A DNA stretch of 54,989 nt from a virus (IMGVR_UViG_3300033146_003879:1-54989); one strand, 5' to 3'; positions 28,204 to 38,811 are shown, counted from the stretch's first letter. Notes: generated by a model not told the origin, from the sequence alone. Made by a program: numbers and translations.

Positions 28204-28557
28204 CTATCTTGATAGTATGTCGTATAATCCCGCATCACTGTTGAGCGGGGTGATTCCACCTTCACGTAGAGTGTTTCTTGCGTGCAGAGCTTTTAGCATT
28301 GCATACTGCTCAACTACATCGAGATTGTTGCCGAGCCCTGGCTCTATGTTGTTAAGCTCCCTGCGCAGTACCTGCCTTTCAAATGCGCTTTGTGTATACA
28401 TAGTTTCCTCTGGGTTTGGTCTAGCGAGAGCTAAGTCCGAGTCTAGGTGAAATAGCTTTTCAACAAGGGCCTTATTTACATAAGCTCTTGTGTTAGCGTC
28501 CGTTATCGCATCCAACTTAGCCTGTATGGCGTCTATTACCTGTTCTCGTGTTAGCAT
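28204..28557 (-). CDS. Hypothetical protein
   Basis: Likely start MLTRE at 28557 after GGAGG; first gene of the operon. Confidence 0.6.
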   Translation of the reverse strand: MLTREQVIDAIQAKLDAITDANTRAYVNKALVEKLFHLDSDLALARPNPEETMYTQSAFERQVLRRELNNIEPGLGNNLDVVEQYAMLKALHARNTLREGGITPLNSDAGLYDILSR

Positions 28558-28589
28558 CTCACATCCTCCCATGTTACTTATGCATATAA

Positions 28590-28650
28590 ATTATAGGACA
28601 TGCTGAGTACAATGCAATTTAATTGCTTTATATAGAGCGCGGGCTACAAT
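28590..28650. promoter_or_regulatory. Divergent promoters: minus TTGCAT-16-TATAAT (28590-28617, includes CTATAAT) and plus TTGCTT-16-TACAAT (28623-28650)
   Basis: Intergenic between divergent operons. Confidence 0.55.
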
Positions 28651-28680
28651 TATTGCAGACTAAACTCAAGGAGGTGTGTT

Positions 28681-29241
28681 ATTAACACTATCTATTTAGG
28701 TTTCGATCCAGGACTTACGGGAGCTTTTGCGAGGCTGCATAAAGATACGTACGCCGTATGGCACTACCCGAGGAAAAAAAATAACATTAACTTCGTTAAA
28801 TTAGTCGACACCATTTCTGAGAAAATCAGTGAAGTGTATGATAATAGTGGAGATAACCGAATTGTCATAGTAGTGGAGGAGCAACATTTTTTCAGTGAGG
28901 ATGGAAAAGATGCAGTGTGGACTTCGGCTATGCGCTACGGGCTATTGTTTAATGCATTGGCTATGGTGAATATAAAATACAAGCTCTCCGTTAAGATCGT
29001 AAGTGCTACGAAATGGAAAGGTAGATATGGACTGCTTGTAAAAGCCAATGAGATAATAAAGCTCGGTAAGCTTAACAAAGCTCGTATAAAGCGATACAAG
29101 AAAGAAAAGACGGCTTTGGAAGTCATACGCAGATATCCAAACGCAGACATATATGGTCCTCGCGGAGGACTTCATGATGGTAAGTCAGACGCACTAATGA
29201 TTGCAACGTGGGCTAAAGATATACTAGGAGGTGAAATATGA
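28681..29241 (+). CDS. ruvC: RuvC-like Holliday junction resolvase with apparent ATT start
   Basis: In-frame upstream extension of the track ORF gives INTIYLGFDPGLTGAFA (first catalytic Asp), then VVEEQH and DGKSDALMIA. AAGGAGGT lies 5 nt before the ATT. Confidence 0.85.
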   Translation: MNTIYLGFDPGLTGAFARLHKDTYAVWHYPRKKNNINFVKLVDTISEKISEVYDNSGDNRIVIVVEEQHFFSEDGKDAVWTSAMRYGLLFNALAMVNIKYKLSVKIVSATKWKGRYGLLVKANEIIKLGKLNKARIKRYKKEKTALEVIRRYPNADIYGPRGGLHDGKSDALMIATWAKDILGGEI

Positions 29242-30197
29242 AGTTTATACCAATACCGGGAGCGGTAGCAACTGCAGCAACTCTATTTAGTAAAGGTGAA
29301 TCTAGTGGTAGCGCCGGAACTATTACCGTATCTAGCGGCGATACCATCTTTGATATCATACAAAGACCAGTTACTATCAGTGACGGCGGCGCCCTACCTC
29401 CATACAACATGGAGTTTGTTGCTGCTTGTAATACAATACTTAGCGCAGACATTGTACAGGAGGGTGAGCGTGAATATGTAGTAACAGCTGCTGTTGTTCC
29501 GGGAGCACTTACTGAAAGCACTATGCAAGCCCTGTATCCTGCCGTCGGCGACTTGCCTATTGTTATACAAAGTGGCTGTAGTAAATTAGTACCTCCAGCT
29601 GGTGGTGACTTAGAGATAGCTGATTTCTCTTATTACAGATCGAATGCTGAATCCAATAGCACTTTCGTAGGGGACGGTAGCAATAGTAACTACGGAGATG
29701 ATACAAAGGACTATGTAATACTAGCGGCAGGTGCCGCTTACCGCATATCAGGTAGCTTCTACGTTGCCGATACATCATCCGGTGGAGAACACTCTGATCC
29801 AATAAAAACAATAAGGGTAGCATATAAGTTAGACTACTCGGGGGGCCCAACCTACGGGTTGTTTAATGTAGCGTACCCTGCACCAGTGCTTGATGCGAGT
29901 GATAATATCACAGGATATAGAGTGGTTGTTGATGAGGTTATTGACCTTGTCAGTTTAGGCATAAATACAGAAGTTAAACTATTTATGTACATAGACGACT
30001 ATGAAGAGAAGTTAGCACACCCAGGTGTACCTGGGGGGTTGCTTGGTGTGATTACTGCGGACAAGACCTCTCTTGTTATTTGTGATCTTAACGCATACCC
30101 AGATACAAAGGTTTTTGGTCCGTTCCCTTTATTTGATGCTGCGTTGGGAACTTCTTACAGTATTATATTCCTAGTTCAGGCAGTTACCCAGACGTAA
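29238..30197 (+). CDS. Hypothetical, possibly structural, protein
   Basis: 319 aa; ATGA-coupled to the resolvase; beta-rich and acidic. Confidence 0.55.
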   Translation: MKFIPIPGAVATAATLFSKGESSGSAGTITVSSGDTIFDIIQRPVTISDGGALPPYNMEFVAACNTILSADIVQEGEREYVVTAAVVPGALTESTMQALYPAVGDLPIVIQSGCSKLVPPAGGDLEIADFSYYRSNAESNSTFVGDGSNSNYGDDTKDYVILAAGAAYRISGSFYVADTSSGGEHSDPIKTIRVAYKLDYSGGPTYGLFNVAYPAPVLDASDNITGYRVVVDEVIDLVSLGINTEVKLFMYIDDYEEKLAHPGVPGGLLGVITADKTSLVICDLNAYPDTKVFGPFPLFDAALGTSYSIIFLVQAVTQT

Positions 30198-33100
30198 GTC
30201 TATCTACAAGGTCTATAGCGTTCTGGGCTGCGCCGCTCTTCATATCATCACTTAGCATATCAATAACTTTCATTAGTACTTGATGGGTCATAGCAGCCTG
30301 AGCTTGTATCTGGTTCACTTCGTCCTCTGCGACATCAGAAGCCTTGCTAAGAAAGTTTCCCACCGCTCCTATACGGTTCCCGAACTTCTCTTTTGTATCG
30401 TTAGCTTGCGTCATTATCCTACGGACTTGTGCTTCCGTTTGTCCTGTAGCTTTCGCGAACCCTCTTATCTCGTCTCCGGTTAACACTAACTGGGAGGATT
30501 CGTCTCTGCTCTTCGTGAAGTCCGACATTTTTGTCAGAGCTGTCTTCGCACCTTCTTTAAGGGTGTCATTCATCTTATCATTATCTGAGTATATCCGGTC
30601 CTCGATGGTTGAGTTGAGATTGTTTATCATAGACTGCATTCCACCACTATTCTCAATCATAGCCCCTTGCACTAAATACGTACCTAGTTGCTCTCCATCT
30701 AACTCCCCGCTGAATACTTTTTTCATTGCTTGCTGAAAAGCGTTTGTATCGGAATCGCTTTTGAGCAGGTTGTAATCCTCATGCTCCTTTGCATATGTTA
30801 TTATCTCTCCTATGAGAGCAGTGACATTTGTAGGAGACCCTTTCTTTATTAAGTTGCCGACCTCAGACTGGGGTTGGTTCACCATGACAAGTATTGTCTT
30901 TAACGCCTTCTCTAGTCTAACGGCGCTCTCACCGCTCGCCTGATCGCTATTTAACCTGTTTGTTGATATGCGGCGAGCAATCTCGTTCAATTCAGATTCA
31001 GGCAGCTTTGCTGTCTCCATCTTCTGTGCATCAAGCTTATTACCCTGCGTCATTCTCCCGAACGCTTGTCGGTAAGACATGAATGTTGCTTGCAGTATTG
31101 GCGCTATTCTCTCGTAGCTATTCTGAAACCACTTACTTACTGTATATGATAATATCTGGGCTATTGACGCCTTCTCCTTTGCAAGCTGCGAGTCACCACT
31201 CATAAAGAACGCTTCCATGTCCTTTGCGGCAAATCGGTCTCCGAGGTGCTCTTCTATGTAGTTTATTCCTTGCTCTCCTAGATCTAATGTTTTCGCTCCT
31301 GCCCACGCTACACTAGCTGCACCTACGGTCGTGAGCGCAGTTATACCAACCATACCTGCGGTTACCGGCGTCCCTGCTATTAGTGCTGTTATTGCGCCGG
31401 CACTCCCAGATAGACCTATCCCGAGACCAACACTGCCAATAGACCCTATTGTGTCGATACCGTACTCGACAGCATCGTCTATTAGTCCTTGACCGAATGT
31501 TTTAGCTCTTCCTGATTCATCAAGAATTGCTTTCTGCGACTTTCCATGGCTTCCGAGAAGACCCATGGTTAGGTTCATAAGTGCTGTGTCCTTATCAGTT
31601 ACGTAGTTTCCGCTAGCGTCACCTGTTGCTTTCTGGAATAGCAATAATATACGGTTGCTTTGTGGAAGCATCTTTGCAAGAGATTTATAGAGCTTCTGGA
31701 TACTTGTCTTTCTTATGTACGCCATAACTTCTTGAGTTCTTTTTGTTGCAACAGTCGTTGTTGACCATAGCGTTGAGTCGTTTATGTAGTTAAGGGTTAT
31801 ACTTTGTAGCGCGTTCTTGATGTCTGCCTCTGTTGCCACTCCGTGCATAGCGACTTTTGTTGTCAACTCTTTCAGCTTTACATCCGCATTCTCTGTTTGT
31901 AAAGCTGCGGATATTACTGACAGGGACTGTAGGTCACTGCTAGCTTCTTCTGACCCTAGATATTTTGATGAATACTCACCTGAGTTTCTCATAGAGTAGA
32001 AAGCGCCGCCTGCCCCTCGCAGTCCGTCTTTTGATAAGCTGTAATCGTCAAGGCTTATCGTTTGTCCACCCATGGTACCATCTTCTTGGTGCCATTCTTT
32101 TCCAGCTGCTTGAGCTGCACTCTTGCCGACCATGGACTGGTAAGCTGAGTCCGCTGCGTCTGACGCCGCTAAACCTCTAGTTGTGTGCAGGTTTCGATAT
32201 ACATCGTCTGCGATATCCCCTGTGTAGTTATATGCCCTCTCTCCGTATACTCCGATTTGTTTTACTCGGCTCCATACCCCCGATTTACTTATATACTTGT
32301 CGTAGTCTATTATGTCGCGTGATCCAGGAGGCTTCCACGAGTCATCTCTTTTATTGGTAGCATTCCCGTACAAGGCGCGGGTCTCATTCATATCTTTAGC
32401 GAACTTCAGTCCGCGGCGTCCTTCAGAGTCCTTTAGCGCGGAGTATCGCATAGCGGCTTTAGTATCACCGTTAAATGCTGCTAATGTTGCCATCTCGTCA
32501 GATAAACCAAGATTGTCTCTAAGATAGTTTATCTTCTCTTGTTGTTTGTACATAGCGGCTTCGCCGGAGTTCTGAATATTGCTCATCTCCCTGTCGCGAA
32601 ACGTATTCATAAGGAACTTCGCTGTGTCCTGCTCTTTATCGAACTTCTCTCCGAACTTAGCCATACCATACTCTATGTCACCGTCTCCGATATCCATTAA
32701 GTATCCTGCATCAGATCTAGCAAACCTCTTGCTTCTGCCGTAAACGTCGTTTACAATATCACCTGCACTTCCTAATATGAGTGAGTCTCTTCCTAGTAAA
32801 CTCCGCTCTTTCTCTGTAAGCATGGAGTCTGAGAAGTCTGTTCCACGAGAGAACACGATATCCGATCCTAACGTCTGGCGAGCACGCTGACCATACATCG
32901 CTGCTGACATACTCGCAATGTCGCGGTAATTACCGCTTCCTGCCATACGTCCTGCCATCGCCATGTTCTGGCGAGTCGCACTAAGCCCGCTAGCCTGCAA
33001 CGCCATGCCCATAGCGAGCCCTGTGTTAGACGCTGATCCTGCTAAGTTCTCTACGTTCTGAGCTGCCCTGTTCATAGCTGCGGGATCTGAACTGCCTGCA

Positions 33101-33954
33101 ATTGAGGAGAACCTCATCATAGCATTTTCTAACTGTTCTAACCCCATAAATATATCAGACGCTTTTCCGCTACTAACATCAGCAGAAATAGCACTGACAT
33201 CACGCAGCTTCTTCATGAGCTCTGCTGTCTTGTCAATAGTTGTTCCCATATTCGCAGAGAAATCATTCAACATAGGTAATACAGATTCGTCAAATTCAGA
33301 TCGCGCTATTCCTCCTCCCGCTACACCGAGTTTATTTGCTACGATATTATTAAGAGAGGCTTTCTGGGTACGTTGGTAAAGATCCCTTTGTTGTTCTGCG
33401 AACTCAGCAGTTGCTGCAACTGATGGGTTGTACTGCAGCGACATATCTGCGTACCGAGCGAGCCCTTGGGCTTGCCTACCGGAGAACGGTACATCTCCGA
33501 GATATTCTTTCGCAGCAGCAGTACCGGCAAGAGGTGCGAACTTCGTCATCTCCTCCATGTACATGTTTCCTTGAGAAAGATTCTCTGACGGGGTAAACTC
33601 CGTTCGTTTTCTGTTGTAGTCAGCAGCAAACTGAGCCTGTACCAACTGCTGCTGCATATCTCTCATCACAGCAGCATTATCTTTTAATCCTCTGACGGCT
33701 TCCTTTAGGTCTGCTGATATAGGAGCAGTGCTCTGGGCTTGATCATACACCGCATTTGCTTCTCCTACGCCAATCTGTCCGCTATCCGCTGCGTATGTTA
33801 CTGCGCGGGCTGCTTCTTGGCTTGATGCCATAGATTGAGCAGATGATGCAAGTTGCGCAACAGACTCAGATAGAGAAGTTACAAGTTGCTGCAACTGTAG
33901 CGATTCTTGATTCACTACTCCCATCGTCTGTATTGGTGGTGGTTGTTGTACCAT
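30184..33954 (-). CDS. Tape-measure-like or large internal virion protein
   Basis: 1256 aa, helical, rich in Ala/Ser/Gln/Met, with a hydrophobic Gly/Ala stretch in the C-terminal half. Confidence 0.5.
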   Translation of the reverse strand: MVQQPPPIQTMGVVNQESLQLQQLVTSLSESVAQLASSAQSMASSQEAARAVTYAADSGQIGVGEANAVYDQAQSTAPISADLKEAVRGLKDNAAVMRDMQQQLVQAQFAADYNRKRTEFTPSENLSQGNMYMEEMTKFAPLAGTAAAKEYLGDVPFSGRQAQGLARYADMSLQYNPSVAATAEFAEQQRDLYQRTQKASLNNIVANKLGVAGGGIARSEFDESVLPMLNDFSANMGTTIDKTAELMKKLRDVSAISADVSSGKASDIFMGLEQLENAMMRFSSIAGSSDPAAMNRAAQNVENLAGSASNTGLAMGMALQASGLSATRQNMAMAGRMAGSGNYRDIASMSAAMYGQRARQTLGSDIVFSRGTDFSDSMLTEKERSLLGRDSLILGSAGDIVNDVYGRSKRFARSDAGYLMDIGDGDIEYGMAKFGEKFDKEQDTAKFLMNTFRDREMSNIQNSGEAAMYKQQEKINYLRDNLGLSDEMATLAAFNGDTKAAMRYSALKDSEGRRGLKFAKDMNETRALYGNATNKRDDSWKPPGSRDIIDYDKYISKSGVWSRVKQIGVYGERAYNYTGDIADDVYRNLHTTRGLAASDAADSAYQSMVGKSAAQAAGKEWHQEDGTMGGQTISLDDYSLSKDGLRGAGGAFYSMRNSGEYSSKYLGSEEASSDLQSLSVISAALQTENADVKLKELTTKVAMHGVATEADIKNALQSITLNYINDSTLWSTTTVATKRTQEVMAYIRKTSIQKLYKSLAKMLPQSNRILLLFQKATGDASGNYVTDKDTALMNLTMGLLGSHGKSQKAILDESGRAKTFGQGLIDDAVEYGIDTIGSIGSVGLGIGLSGSAGAITALIAGTPVTAGMVGITALTTVGAASVAWAGAKTLDLGEQGINYIEEHLGDRFAAKDMEAFFMSGDSQLAKEKASIAQILSYTVSKWFQNSYERIAPILQATFMSYRQAFGRMTQGNKLDAQKMETAKLPESELNEIARRISTNRLNSDQASGESAVRLEKALKTILVMVNQPQSEVGNLIKKGSPTNVTALIGEIITYAKEHEDYNLLKSDSDTNAFQQAMKKVFSGELDGEQLGTYLVQGAMIENSGGMQSMINNLNSTIEDRIYSDNDKMNDTLKEGAKTALTKMSDFTKSRDESSQLVLTGDEIRGFAKATGQTEAQVRRIMTQANDTKEKFGNRIGAVGNFLSKASDVAEDEVNQIQAQAAMTHQVLMKVIDMLSDDMKSGAAQNAIDLVDRLTSG

Positions 33955-33956
33955 AC

Positions 33957-35354
33957 TTATCTACCGAAGTATCTAGGTGTTCGTATAGCGGATGATCTTC
34001 TCATTCCGCCTCTATTACGCCACCGTATTTTACCTTCTGTAGAGGCGAGCCCATTCCCTGTGGATTCTGACCGTAGGGCGCCGCTAAGTTCCTCACCGTA
34101 TGCCTCTGGTTCCCACGTCTTCGGGCCTAACAGGTTGAGTGGCTTTGCTGCGTATCCGCCAATTACCGGTATGCCACCAACTGCGGTTGCTAAAACAGGT
34201 GCTACCATACTATCCGCTCCGATTGGTGTAGCCAAACTTCCTATCATACCAGGACCACTGAGTTCCTTGCCTACATTAAACCCTGTCAGTCTGTTGTTTG
34301 TTCCATAAGTTTTTAGCCCACTCGATCGGAGGGTGTTGTCAATAGACTTCCTACCCCCTTCAAATACCTTATCAGATACCGTTGTCGGGTCAATACCCTT
34401 TGATTTAACAAATTCTTGAAGTCTCCCTTTGTTATTGTATAGGGACTTATCCATATGTGTGAAGCCTTTTGATTTGAAGAATTGATCTGAATATTCACTT
34501 GTTTGTTTTATGTCTTTGAACTTATTTCCACGCCACTTCTTAGCAACATTACGGGCTTCATCGCGCAGACCCCTACTCGCCTTTGCGCCAACCATATCCC
34601 CTGCTCCTCGAGAGGCTTTAGCTGCTTTCTGAGCGATGTTGCCTTCTGTCATGGCTGCTTTGTATCCTACCCTACGTGCTTTCGCAGCAATCTGTTTAGC
34701 AACGCTCTTGTTAGTGTAGCCTAAATAGTCCGAGGCCATCTGTGCCATTTGCTTCTGTGATGTGCCGCTCGCTTTTGTCCCTGCACCAAACACATTGCTT
34801 AAGAACCCTTTATTACCAACAGCGTTGTTGACTTGCTTGAGAGCCCCTGCCGCTTCTCCAGATGTGCTAGCAAGGTAGCCACCCGCTCCACGCCATGCCT
34901 TCGATGCGGCGTTGTTGCCGCCTGTGCGCATCATCTTAAGTCCAGTTCTCCCAACAAGATTCCCTAGGGGTTTTGAGGCTGCCTGCGAAGCTGCTGCCGC
35001 GGCGTGATACTTCCAGTTTGTCATGTTGTGGCCGAACCTACTCAGAACTCCTCTATCCGGATGGTTTTCATCAGACCCCATAGCTGCCTGCATTCCGGAT
35101 ATAAGTGCTGTACGTTTTAAATGGGACTTTGCTATATTCCCAAGTGTAGAGGTGGGCTTCAGCACGCGTCCTGCGGTTGATGCTAATCTCCCTGCTCCGG
35201 AAACTACACCTTTACCAAGTAATTTTGTTGCTAACGGCTTTAGGGCTGTCGCCGCTGCCGAGAATAATCCAGCATTCTTAATAAGATCTATGTTAGCATC
35301 CGCTATTCCAAGCTCTACTGCGGCATATTTGACTAATCTTCCGTGGTCTTGCAT
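33957..35354 (-). CDS. Basic Gly/Ala-rich putative virion (internal/ejection) protein
   Basis: 465 aa; N-terminal KYAA...KNAG motifs followed by amphipathic Gly/Ala/Lys-rich sequence. Confidence 0.5.
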   Translation of the reverse strand: MQDHGRLVKYAAVELGIADANIDLIKNAGLFSAAATALKPLATKLLGKGVVSGAGRLASTAGRVLKPTSTLGNIAKSHLKRTALISGMQAAMGSDENHPDRGVLSRFGHNMTNWKYHAAAAASQAASKPLGNLVGRTGLKMMRTGGNNAASKAWRGAGGYLASTSGEAAGALKQVNNAVGNKGFLSNVFGAGTKASGTSQKQMAQMASDYLGYTNKSVAKQIAAKARRVGYKAAMTEGNIAQKAAKASRGAGDMVGAKASRGLRDEARNVAKKWRGNKFKDIKQTSEYSDQFFKSKGFTHMDKSLYNNKGRLQEFVKSKGIDPTTVSDKVFEGGRKSIDNTLRSSGLKTYGTNNRLTGFNVGKELSGPGMIGSLATPIGADSMVAPVLATAVGGIPVIGGYAAKPLNLLGPKTWEPEAYGEELSGALRSESTGNGLASTEGKIRWRNRGGMRRSSAIRTPRYFGR

Positions 35355-35388
35355 AGCGCCCTCTTAGTAAGTTCACAACTACCCTTAA

Positions 35389-35395
35389 ATTATAG
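35389..35395 (-). promoter_or_regulatory. CTATAAT motif (class 2)
   Basis: 35 nt upstream of 35354. Confidence 0.5.
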
Positions 35396-35403
35396 AGGGA
35401 ACA

Positions 35404-36111
35404 TTAGTGTGTGGAACAAGCCTTCTTTGTGTTTTGTTTAAATATAAAAGAATCGAGCCTTGTTTCTGCAGTCTCAAGACGAATCTGAGATTGTTTTATA
35501 CCGAACTCTTTCGCGGTTCGTATAGGGCTACCTTCATCAGTTCCCATGCCTTCTTTCACAAACAAGAGGATACTTTCCTGTAATGTCAGAGAACCTGACC
35601 TGCGCAGGCGCTCGATAAATGCGGGGTAATCCGTTTGTACAAGGTGTCCGTCTCGCGTGTTGTGCATAGCATCACCTAAGTGCATTCCTGATTTTGCTAA
35701 CATTGTTCGCATAACAGCGTCTTCGCCAGGATCAGCTTCCTCATCAGTGGCGAGTTCGGAAAAGGTACTCGCCTCAACACTCTTTATTGTTACTTGATTA
35801 CGGTATGCCCCAAGGACGGCCATCTGAATGCCCCCTGTTGCATACGTTATGAACTGTACTTCGTCAGATATATCGGTGTTATACTTTAGCAACGCATCGT
35901 AGAAACCTTTCCACGCGGCGCCGATAAGCTCATCCTTATCAGTAACGTCTTTTCGTAATTTGTAATAGTACTTGGCTTGCTTGAGTACAACTCCCTTGTA
36001 GTCTACAATAAGTTTCCGCATCGCTGCGTCTTTTTCATGCTGTAGGCTATGGGGATCTTGTATTATCTTAATTACTGCAACGGTATCTTCACGGGACAAC
36101 GAACGTTTCAT
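35404..36111 (-). CDS. Sigma70-family RNA polymerase sigma factor
   Basis: Region 2 pattern AMRKLIVDYKGVVLKQAKYY...DELIGAAWKGFYDALLKYN...QFITYATGGIQMAV; weak region 4 HTH (TAKEFGIKQSQI); likely start MKRSL at 36111. Confidence 0.8.
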   Translation of the reverse strand: MKRSLSREDTVAVIKIIQDPHSLQHEKDAAMRKLIVDYKGVVLKQAKYYYKLRKDVTDKDELIGAAWKGFYDALLKYNTDISDEVQFITYATGGIQMAVLGAYRNQVTIKSVEASTFSELATDEEADPGEDAVMRTMLAKSGMHLGDAMHNTRDGHLVQTDYPAFIERLRRSGSLTLQESILLFVKEGMGTDEGSPIRTAKEFGIKQSQIRLETAETRLDSFIFKQNTKKACSTH

Positions 36112-36176
36112 AGGCGCTCCTGAGTACCAACTGTTACTGACGTTTAAGAGTATACGTGACAGTATTTGAAAATCAA

Positions 36177-36183
36177 CTATAAT
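36177..36183 (+). promoter_or_regulatory. CTATAAT motif (class 2) before the terminase operon
   Basis: About 29 nt upstream of 36212. Confidence 0.5.
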
Positions 36184-36211
36184 AATGGAGTATTTATTTA
36201 TGGAGGATAGT

Positions 36212-37081
36212 ATGTCACTACTCAAGTACGCACAAAAGGCTACGGGCCAGGATGAAGCAACTGTAATGAAAAAGTATGCCTCGGATGAGCTTTATAAGAA
36301 AGCAGTTGATCTTGCTACTACAGAAGCCGTTATTAGAGAGCTTAAGAAATACGAGAAAAAAGAAATGACCAAGGAAGCTGCCGGTATTCCTAAGATACCT
36401 AGTCTCTTAGCTATGCTTAAGAACCTTCCTGTAGGGATTGCTGATGATGTTGTGCGCGGTGCTGTTGGCGCTAGAGATGCGGCTGTACGTAATGCGAACG
36501 CTGTAAAGAATGCAATCGTTCACAACGCAGATGAATTTGGTAGAGGTATGAAGTTTGGTAGGGCTCCGTTATCAGAGCGAGATGCGGCCTACAGAGCTAT
36601 GGAGCAACCGCTACGGGAAGCTATACATAGTTTAGACACGAAGGGTATGGAAAGCGCACTTAGGAGTACTGGTCGTACCACGCGAGGAACACAAAGCACT
36701 TTAAGCTCAGCACAAGAATTACTTGATGTTCTTGCTGGTTACAATAGACAAGGCCCTTTGTCTAAAGCAAACCTTGCCGGTAGGATTACATCCGGTCTTG
36801 GTCTCGGAGGCGCCGGTTTAGGTGCAGGTGCGTACCTCACCAAGGACAGTACCTTTGATGATATATTCTCCGGTTTAGGAGCTATACCTTCTGACGCAGG
36901 CCACATGAACCCCGCAGCTATTGCAGGCCTCGGTGGAGCTCTTGCGGGTGGTATCGGAGGTGCGGCCTATAACGGCGCTGTGGGTGAAGATCAACTTCTC
37001 AGACGTGTTATCCAAGGTGCCTTAGCTGGCGGTGGAGCAGGTGTTGCTGGCGGAGCTTTGTACGGCGATCCACTAACATAA
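36212..37081 (+). CDS. Putative virion protein with K-x-A motifs and C-terminal glycine-zipper helices
   Basis: KYAQ, KYAS, KEAA; GLGLGGAGLGAG, GLGGALAGGIGG and GALAGGGAGVAGG segments; likely start MSLLK. Confidence 0.55.
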   Translation: MSLLKYAQKATGQDEATVMKKYASDELYKKAVDLATTEAVIRELKKYEKKEMTKEAAGIPKIPSLLAMLKNLPVGIADDVVRGAVGARDAAVRNANAVKNAIVHNADEFGRGMKFGRAPLSERDAAYRAMEQPLREAIHSLDTKGMESALRSTGRTTRGTQSTLSSAQELLDVLAGYNRQGPLSKANLAGRITSGLGLGGAGLGAGAYLTKDSTFDDIFSGLGAIPSDAGHMNPAAIAGLGGALAGGIGGAAYNGAVGEDQLLRRVIQGALAGGGAGVAGGALYGDPLT

Positions 37082-37094
37082 TCTAGGAGCCTTT

Positions 37095-38786
37095 ATGGCA
37101 ATAAAGAAACTTAACATCGCTAGCTCTGTGTTGGCGGCGTCACTACTTACCCTTGATAGTGGGGGTCACCCTGACTATAAGGGGTATCCTATGTTTGCGA
37201 ATCTCCTTGATATGCCTTACGTATCAGATCTTACAATACTAGCATCAAGGCAGGTCGGAAAATCAATATATGTTGCAACACGTGCGGTAATACGGAGTGT
37301 AACTCCTGATCATAAGTACGTCTATATCGCCCCGTCAGAAAGGCAGGCCACCGACTTCTCGAGGCTAAAGCTAGGTATCATATTAGAGAAGTCTAAGTTT
37401 GCTCGGAAGCTTCTCATGCATAGAGATAGTCCTCTCCTTCCTCCTGGAGAAAAAGCAGCGCTTAACTCAATAACCAATGATGTATACATGAAGAAGTTTG
37501 CTAACTCTTCGTACATAAAGATTGGGTATGCAGCTGATGCTAAAGGAGTTGAGCGTGTTCGTGGAGGTACCGCAGACGAGCTTACTATTGATGAGGCTCA
37601 GAGTACCGACCTCGATGCCCTCATGCCTGTACTTAAGCCGATGCTTACTCAAGCGAAGCGTCCGATAATGAATACATACGGAACTCCATTGAACGAGAAT
37701 GATTCACTCGTTATTCGTTTTAAATCATCAACACAACATACGGCAGTTGTTAAGTGTGAAGGCTGCAATAGATGGACAACACTAGATAACTTTAGGATCA
37801 TCGGCCTCAATGGTCTTATTTGCCCACGCTGTGGAAAACCCATTGATGCTCGTAACGCAAAGTTTGTTCCGATGAATCCGGGATCAGCTCACCTAGGCGT
37901 GCATATCAACCGTCTCATGCTTCCTAGTACAACATCTACAGAGATAAAGTGGCAACAACTTATTAATGATATCGAGGATCCGAACACTACCGAAGACGGT
38001 GCTATGCGAGAGATATTCGGTAGACCTGCGGGTAGTTCTTCTGAGATGATTGATGAGAGGGATATAGAAAAAATAGCAGTTCTTCCAGCTATATACGTAG
38101 ATAAGACCTTTGAGCAGGTCATCACGATCGCAAATGCTGAACGGATACGCCTCGGTAAGTCTCCCTATAAGTTTATGCACGCAATAGATTGGGGTGGAGG
38201 GGCACTGAGTATAGCCGGCGGTGGGCTAGAGACAGAAAGCCGAACCGCAGAAGTTCTTATTGGTATGCATTACGATAAGGGGTATCTCGGTTTCGATATA
38301 CTGTATCATAATCTATACCCTATGGCACACCCGAGGCACGCTCTCGACTCACTCCTCAATAATATGGGTTACCTACCAGTAAAATCTATCGTCACCTGTG
38401 ATGCTCTTGGTGGAACATTCGCTATATCAGACATACGATCTACACTAAATAAGATGGCAAAGGGACATAAGTTTCTTCCTATACAACTAGGTAGTATTGC
38501 TGCCGATAAGACACATAATGATTTACAAGATAGGATTGTGGTATCAAAGAGTAACGTGGTTACAAAATTCTTCATTGCTCTTCTACATGAGAAAATACGC
38601 ATGCAGAAAGATCCGCATGTTATAAGAGAGCTTACTCGGCAGTTTCTAGCGGAGACTGAGATTGAGAATCATAACGGAAAGCGAATCTGGTTAAAAAAAT
38701 CAGGAATCAACGATGATATCCTTATGGCCTCCATATTTGGTTTTGTTGCAGGGGCTTTCTTTCACGAGCAGGCACTACTTAAGTAA
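37095..38786 (+). CDS. terL: Terminase large subunit (GpA-like, with Zn ribbon)
   Basis: Walker A ASRQVGKS, Walker B LTIDEAQ, coupling motif YGTP, CEGC/CPRC, nuclease AIDWGG and NDDILMA. Confidence 0.9.
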   Translation: MAIKKLNIASSVLAASLLTLDSGGHPDYKGYPMFANLLDMPYVSDLTILASRQVGKSIYVATRAVIRSVTPDHKYVYIAPSERQATDFSRLKLGIILEKSKFARKLLMHRDSPLLPPGEKAALNSITNDVYMKKFANSSYIKIGYAADAKGVERVRGGTADELTIDEAQSTDLDALMPVLKPMLTQAKRPIMNTYGTPLNENDSLVIRFKSSTQHTAVVKCEGCNRWTTLDNFRIIGLNGLICPRCGKPIDARNAKFVPMNPGSAHLGVHINRLMLPSTTSTEIKWQQLINDIEDPNTTEDGAMREIFGRPAGSSSEMIDERDIEKIAVLPAIYVDKTFEQVITIANAERIRLGKSPYKFMHAIDWGGGALSIAGGGLETESRTAEVLIGMHYDKGYLGFDILYHNLYPMAHPRHALDSLLNNMGYLPVKSIVTCDALGGTFAISDIRSTLNKMAKGHKFLPIQLGSIAADKTHNDLQDRIVVSKSNVVTKFFIALLHEKIRMQKDPHVIRELTRQFLAETEIENHNGKRIWLKKSGINDDILMASIFGFVAGAFFHEQALLK

Positions 38787-38811
38787 TGCCTACCCATATA
38801 TAATAATATGA

